A stretch of 11,562 nt of DNA from Sandaracinaceae bacterium (GTDB taxonomy: Bacteria > Myxococcota_A > Polyangia > Polyangiales > Sandaracinaceae), in NCBI GenBank assembly GCA_044220955.1, contig JBGAQA010000148.1, positions 1 through 11,562 on the forward strand, in the 5' to 3' direction. Shown here in pieces: positions 7,290 through 11,562 of this stretch (its first letter is position 1; each line of letters opens with the position of its first letter). The notes beneath the pieces are model-generated. The model saw nothing but the letters and a program-made list of their open reading frames with translations, searched no databases and was not told the DNA's origin. The position numbers and the translations under genes were made by a program.

Positions 7290-9538
7290 AGCGGCTGCTC
7301 CGGCACGCGCTCTGGGCGCTGCGCGCGGTGCTCGTGGCGACGGGCGTGCTCGTGGTCGTGTCGTCTGCCGCGTTCGCGTCGGTGCACGACTCGCTGATCG
7401 ACGAGGCGCTCTTCGCGCGGCCGCTCGATCCGGTGCTCGCCACGGATCGCGGGGGGATCCCGCTGCGACACACGCTGCCGGACTCGGTGGATCGCCGGTG
7501 GGTCACGCTCGACGAGGCGGGGCCGAACGTGGTGCGGGCGTTCCTCGCGGCGGAGGACGCGCGCTTCTACGAGCACGGCGCGGTCGACCCGATCGCGATG
7601 GTGCGGGCGGTGCTGGTCGACGTCGTCCCGGGCGGGCGCGTCTCGGGCGCCTCGACCATCACGCAGCAGGTCGTGAAGCTCGTCTACGGTCGTCCGCACG
7701 GCCTCTGCGAGAAGCCGCTCGAGATCGCGCGCGCCGTCGAGCTCGAGCGGCGCTTCACCAAGGACGAGATCCTCGAGCAGTACCTGAACCGCGTGCCGAT
7801 GGGGAACGGCATCGTGGGCGTCGAGCGCGCGTCGGAGGCCTATTTCGGGCGCCCGCCCGGGCAGCTGAGCCTCGCCGAGGCGTCCCTGCTCGCCGGGATC
7901 CCCCAGGCGCCGAGCATCACCGAGCCGCGGCGGCACCTCGCGCGGGCGCGCCGCCGACAGGCGTACGTGCTCGATCGCATCGAGGCGCTCGGCTGGCGAT
8001 CGGCAGAAGAAGTGTCGCGCGCGCGCGCCGAGCCGATGGAGGTCGTGACGCGTGTGCCGCGTCCGTTCCGCGCGCCGCGCTTCGTCGACCGTGCCCTCGC
8101 CGCGCGGCGCGATCACGGCATACCGTCGACGACGGTGGTCACGACGCTCTCGTGGCCGCTCACCGACGAGGTGGGCCGCGCCCTGCGGCAGGGGCTCGAG
8201 CCGCTCCGCGAGCGCGGAGCGGCCAACGCCGCGGCGATCGTCGTCGCGAACGCGAGCGGAGAGATCGTCGCGTACGTCGGGGCGGCGGACGAGGGCGGCG
8301 AGGGCGGCGCGCTCGATCTGCTCGCAGCGCCGCGGCAGCCCGGCTCCACGCTCAAGCCCTTCGCGTACGCCCTCTTCTTCGAGCAGGGCGCGACGCCCGG
8401 GACGCCGGTGGACGACCTGCGCCGTCCGATGACCGGGCGCGGGGGCGCGCTCTATCTGCCCGGGGACTTCGACGGGCGCGAGCGGGGTCCGGTGCCCGCG
8501 CGCCTCGCGCTCGCGAGCTCGCTCAACCTCGCCGCGCTCGACGTCGTCTCGCGCGTCGGACCGGAGCGCTTCGTCGATCGGCTGGTCGACCTCGGTCTCT
8601 CGCAGGCCGCCTCCGCCGATCGCGAGAGCGCCGCGATGGTGCTCGGTGGGATCGACACCACGGGGCTGGAGCTGGCGGGCGCGTACGTCGCCCTCGCGCG
8701 TGGAGGGACGCGCGTGCCGCTGCGTGTGCTCCCGGGCTCGGCCGACGAGGGCACGCGCGTGATCGAGCCGACGGCGGCGCGTCTGGTCACGGATGTGCTC
8801 TCCGATCCGGAGGCGCGTCGCGCGGGGTTCGGCCGGGACCTCTCCGACCTCGGAGGCGAGGGGCCCTTCGCGCTGAAGACGGGGACCTCGCAGGGCTTCC
8901 GCGACGCGTGGGCGGCCGTCTACGACCGCGACTTCACCGTCCTCGTCTGGGTCGGTGACCCCTCCGGTGAGGCGATGGAGTCGGTGACCGGCTTCGAGGG
9001 CGCGGCCCCCCTCGCGGTCCGCGCGCTCGCGCTGGCTCGCGCGCGCCGCGCCGAGCTGGTGCAGGGCGAGGTGGCGCCCGAGATCGCGCTCGCGACGGTG
9101 TCGGTGTGCGCCGAGACGGGCCTGCTTCCGGGGCCGCGCTGTCACCACCTGCGCCGCGAGCGCTTCGACCCCGCCGCGCTGCCGCACGAGACGTGTCGCG
9201 GGCACGCGGCCGACGGATCGCTGGAGCTCGCGCCGCGCTACGCGGACTGGGCGCGGCATGCGCAGCCGGCGGGCGTCGTGATCGCGGCGTCGGCGCACGC
9301 CGAGCATCGCGCTGCCCCGCGCGTCACGTACCCGAGTGACGGGGCGACGCTGCTCGGGTCGGCGACCGCGCCGCCGGAGATCACGCTGCGGGCGAGCGAG
9401 GACGGCGTGCGCTTCGAGCTCGACGGCCATGCGCTGCGCGGGGAGCGCTGGCGGCTGGCCCCGGGCTCGCACGTGGTCGTCGCGGTTGCCGACGGGCAGC
9501 GGAGCGAGCCGAGCGGCTTCGAGGTGCTGACGCGCTGA
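7286..9538 (+). CDS. pbpC: Penicillin-binding protein 1C (bifunctional transglycosylase/transpeptidase), 750 aa
   Basis: The GTG start overlaps the macroglobulin stop (GTGA, 7286-7289) and is followed by a basic then hydrophobic anchor. GT51 motifs: EDARFYEHGAVD, GASTITQQ, KDEILEQYLN. Transpeptidase motifs: STLK (SxxK), SLN (SxN), KTG. There is a PBP1C-type C-terminal extension. The ORF-track start at 6932 lies inside the upstream gene. Confidence 0.93.
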   Translation: MKRLLRHALWALRAVLVATGVLVVVSSAAFASVHDSLIDEALFARPLDPVLATDRGGIPLRHTLPDSVDRRWVTLDEAGPNVVRAFLAAEDARFYEHGAVDPIAMVRAVLVDVVPGGRVSGASTITQQVVKLVYGRPHGLCEKPLEIARAVELERRFTKDEILEQYLNRVPMGNGIVGVERASEAYFGRPPGQLSLAEASLLAGIPQAPSITEPRRHLARARRRQAYVLDRIEALGWRSAEEVSRARAEPMEVVTRVPRPFRAPRFVDRALAARRDHGIPSTTVVTTLSWPLTDEVGRALRQGLEPLRERGAANAAAIVVANASGEIVAYVGAADEGGEGGALDLLAAPRQPGSTLKPFAYALFFEQGATPGTPVDDLRRPMTGRGGALYLPGDFDGRERGPVPARLALASSLNLAALDVVSRVGPERFVDRLVDLGLSQAASADRESAAMVLGGIDTTGLELAGAYVALARGGTRVPLRVLPGSADEGTRVIEPTAARLVTDVLSDPEARRAGFGRDLSDLGGEGPFALKTGTSQGFRDAWAAVYDRDFTVLVWVGDPSGEAMESVTGFEGAAPLAVRALALARARRAELVQGEVAPEIALATVSVCAETGLLPGPRCHHLRRERFDPAALPHETCRGHAADGSLELAPRYADWARHAQPAGVVIAASAHAEHRAAPRVTYPSDGATLLGSATAPPEITLRASEDGVRFELDGHALRGERWRLAPGSHVVVAVADGQRSEPSGFEVLTR

Positions 9539-9658
9539 GCCCTCGCCCTCGCTCTCACCCTCGCCCTCACCCTCGCCCTCGCCCTCACCCTCGCCCTCAC
9601 CCTCACCCTCGCCCTCGCCCTCACCCTCGCTCTCGCCCTCGCCCTCACCCTCGCCCTC
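9539..9658 (-). repeat. Tandem hexamer array, 20 units (plus strand GCCCTC x11, ACCCTC x7, GCTCTC x2; minus strand GAGGGC/GAGGGT/GAGAGC)
   Basis: Read directly. It starts at the base after the pbpC TGA and continues in phase (GCT-CTA) into the TAG of the convergent gene at 9662-9664. Confidence 0.98.
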
Positions 9659-9661
9659 GCT

Positions 9662-11212
9662 CTATCGCACCCGCCGCCGCCCGTGCCGCGCTCTGGGCGT
9701 CCCGGTTGTCCCGCCGGTCCCGCCCGTCGCCCGCCGGCGCGTCGGCCCCTCCTCGGGGCAGCCGTCCGTATCCTGGAAGCGGTCGAGATCTTCCGCCTGA
9801 TCGGCGCACTCGTCGCTCGTGTCCGGCACTCCGTCCTGATCGGCGTCGTCCTCGGGGCAGCCGTCCTCGTCGGCGAGCCCGTCGGTGTCCTCGGCCTGAT
9901 CCGGGCAGCGATCCGCCGAGTCCTGCACGCCGTCGCGGTCCCGATCGACGTCGGGGCAGCCGTCGTCGTCGCGGTCGCCGTCGCGGTCCTCGGCCTGCTG
10001 CGGGCACGAGTCGTAGCCGTCGAGGATCCCGTCGTGGTCGTCGTCGGGATCGGGGCAGCCGTCGTCGTCCTCGTGCTCGTCGAGGTCCTCGGCCTCGTCC
10101 GGGCAGCGGTCGCTCGCGTCGCCCACGCCGTCCTCGTCGTCGTCGTCCTCGGGGCAGCCGTCCTCGTCGAGGCGGCCGTCGGCGTCCTCGGCCTCCGAGG
10201 GGCACGAGTCGACGTCGTCGCGCAGGCCGTCCGCGTCGGTGTCGCGCGAGACCGAGGGCGCCCACGCCCCGCCGAGCGTCACGCGCACGACGGGGACGCC
10301 GATCGCGTAGGCGACGCCCGCGCCGAGCCCGAGCGCGAGCGTGAAGTCGTCCAGGTGGAGCAGGCCCGCGGCGCGGATCTCGGTCGGCGCCTCGTCGTCG
10401 AAGGCGAGACCGAAGGTGGTCTGCCCGGTGATCTCGGCCATCACCGAGACCAGCGTCCCGAAGTCGTACGAGCCGGCGGCGCCCCACGTCATCTCCGAGG
10501 TCCGGCGGCTGTAGATCAGCTGTGCGGGATCGTGGAACGCGCCGCCGAGGTTGATCGAGCCGCGGAAGTGCTCGACGTGCGCCGACAGGATCAAGTGGCC
10601 GCCGGCCGAGACGCTCGGGTCGCCCGAGTAGTGCTGTGGCGCGAGCGCGTGCGCGACGGGGGCGGTGGCCCACGCGGCCGCGGCGAGGCCGAACCAGCCC
10701 GACTCGTCCGGGTCGACGATCGTGACGAGCACGTGCAGCCGCGGATCGCCGAGCGTCGAGGTGCTGCCGCCGGGGATGCTGCGGGGAATCGGCACCCCGC
10801 CCGTCGGGTTCGCCTGCGCCCAGCGGAACGACTCGCCGGTCTCGAACAGGATGATCGGCACGTTGAGGCCGATCTGGACGCGCCGCGCGATGGCCAGCGC
10901 GCCGGTGATCTGCGTCGTGAGCATGCCCGCGACGATGTCGGTGTGCTGGCCGGTCGGCGCGAGGACGGTCGGCGAGCCCGTGTAGTACGCGAGGTCGGCG
11001 ATGCGGAAGGGCTGGTGCGCGTAGTCGAGCGTCACGTCCACGTAGGGCGTCAGCTCGCCGGCGACCTGCGCGTCGTCGACGAGGATGAACCCGTGGCCAG
11101 GTGCGCGATAGAAGCGAAACGCCGACGGATCGCCGGTCGGGAGCGCGTCGCTCTGCGCGAGCGCGAGCGAGGGGACCGTCGCGAGCAGGAGAGCGGCGAG
11201 GGCGGCGCGCAC
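9662..11212 (-). CDS. Secreted outer-membrane beta-barrel-like protein with thrombospondin type-3 repeats (TraB/OmpA-family-like, no OmpA C-terminal domain), 516 aa
   Basis: GTG at 11212 begins the signal peptide MRAALAALLLATVPSLALAQ. Amphipathic beta-strand-like segments follow (LDYAHQP, LGDPRL, VRVTLGGAWAP), then five Asp-rich DxDxDGxxDxxDxCP repeats and a short basic tail. The ORF-track start at 11275 would translate through a repeat (SPSPSPS). Confidence 0.85.
   Translation of the reverse strand: MRAALAALLLATVPSLALAQSDALPTGDPSAFRFYRAPGHGFILVDDAQVAGELTPYVDVTLDYAHQPFRIADLAYYTGSPTVLAPTGQHTDIVAGMLTTQITGALAIARRVQIGLNVPIILFETGESFRWAQANPTGGVPIPRSIPGGSTSTLGDPRLHVLVTIVDPDESGWFGLAAAAWATAPVAHALAPQHYSGDPSVSAGGHLILSAHVEHFRGSINLGGAFHDPAQLIYSRRTSEMTWGAAGSYDFGTLVSVMAEITGQTTFGLAFDDEAPTEIRAAGLLHLDDFTLALGLGAGVAYAIGVPVVRVTLGGAWAPSVSRDTDADGLRDDVDSCPSEAEDADGRLDEDGCPEDDDDEDGVGDASDRCPDEAEDLDEHEDDDGCPDPDDDHDGILDGYDSCPQQAEDRDGDRDDDGCPDVDRDRDGVQDSADRCPDQAEDTDGLADEDGCPEDDADQDGVPDTSDECADQAEDLDRFQDTDGCPEEGPTRRRATGGTGGTTGTPRARHGRRRVR
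9749..10243 (-). repeat. Five in-frame 99-bp (33-aa) TSP3-like Ca-binding repeats
   Basis: Consensus DxDxDGxxDxxDxCPxxAEDxDxxxDxDGCPxx, five copies running from DTDADG to GCPEE. Confidence 0.9.
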
Positions 11213-11219
11213 GGGGGCG

Positions 11220-11225
11220 ACTGTA
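11220..11225 (-). promoter_or_regulatory. Possible -10 box (TACAGT) of a leaderless transcript
   Basis: The minus strand reads TACAGT-CGCCCCC-GTG(11212), i.e. TAnnnT exactly 7 nt before the start codon, with no Shine-Dalgarno. Confidence 0.45.
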
Positions 11226-11228
11226 TGC

Positions 11229-11249
11229 GAGGGCGAGGGCGAGGGCGAG
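11229..11249 (+). repeat. Short hexamer array (GAGGGC)3 GAG
   Basis: Read directly. Same unit as in the longer arrays. Confidence 0.8.
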
Positions 11250-11349
11250 CCGCGGGCGTAGCCCGCAACAGGCAACCTCGGTGGAGCGCAGCGCCGCGCA
11301 GGTCGCCGACGTGCGAGCCGGTGGCGCGGAGCTGCTCCGGGGATCGCAA

Positions 11350-11562
11350 GAGCGCGAGGGCGAGCGCGAGGGCGAGGGCGAGGGCGAGGTCGAGGTCGAG
11401 GTCGAGGGCGAGGGCGAGGGCGAGGTCGAGGTCGAGGGCGAGGGCGAGGGCGAGGTCGAGGGCGAGGTCGAGGTCGAGGTCGAGGGCGAGGTCGAGGTCG
11501 AGGTCGAGGTCGAGGTCGAGGTCGAGGTCGAGGTCGAGGTCGAGGTCGAGGTCGAGGTCGAG
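11350..11562 (+). repeat. Tandem hexamer array GAG-NNC, at least 35 units (GAGCGC x2, GAGGGC x12, GAGGTC x21), running off the window
   Basis: Read directly. It contains blocks of (GAGGGC)3(GAGGTC)1-3, and the last 12 complete units are pure GAGGTC. Confidence 0.98.

Noticed and set aside
691..11212. traA/traB kin-recognition locus
   Set aside because: The Cys-rich ORF is short, lacks a recognisable PA14-like domain or MYXO-CTERM tail, and lies over 8 kb from the barrel-TSP3 gene. That gene lacks OmpA, so the gene symbols are not justified.
531..11562. CRISPR array or diversity-generating retroelement interpretation
   Set aside because: The arrays have no unique spacers and there are no cas genes. 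Despite the Avd-like fold, no reverse transcriptase or template/variable repeat pair differing at adenines is visible.

Overview
Very GC-rich bacterial DNA, most likely from a myxobacterium (Myxococcota, Polyangiales-like; inferred from the myxobacterial Cys-rich repeats and the TraB-like barrel/TSP3 protein). The core is an intact, translationally coupled envelope operon: bacterial alpha-2-macroglobulin (1530-7289, thioester motif apparently lost) plus penicillin-binding protein 1C (7286-9538). It converges on a secreted beta-barrel/thrombospondin type-3 repeat protein that lacks the usual OmpA domain (9662-11212, minus). The left end has two convergent four-helix-bundle paralogues: one runs off the window edge, the other is a 5'-truncated remnant with two compensating 2-nt indels. 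Next come a Cys-rich lipoprotein gene cut from its signal peptide at a G6 tract and a 36-aa membrane ORF. The most unusual structure is four perfectly phased GAG-NNY hexamer arrays (531-680, 9539-9658, 11229-11246, 11350-end). They sit at gene boundaries, two show ordered unit gradients, and they lie next to the four-helix-bundle remnant and apparently truncated genes. All family calls come from motif recognition; no searches were run.
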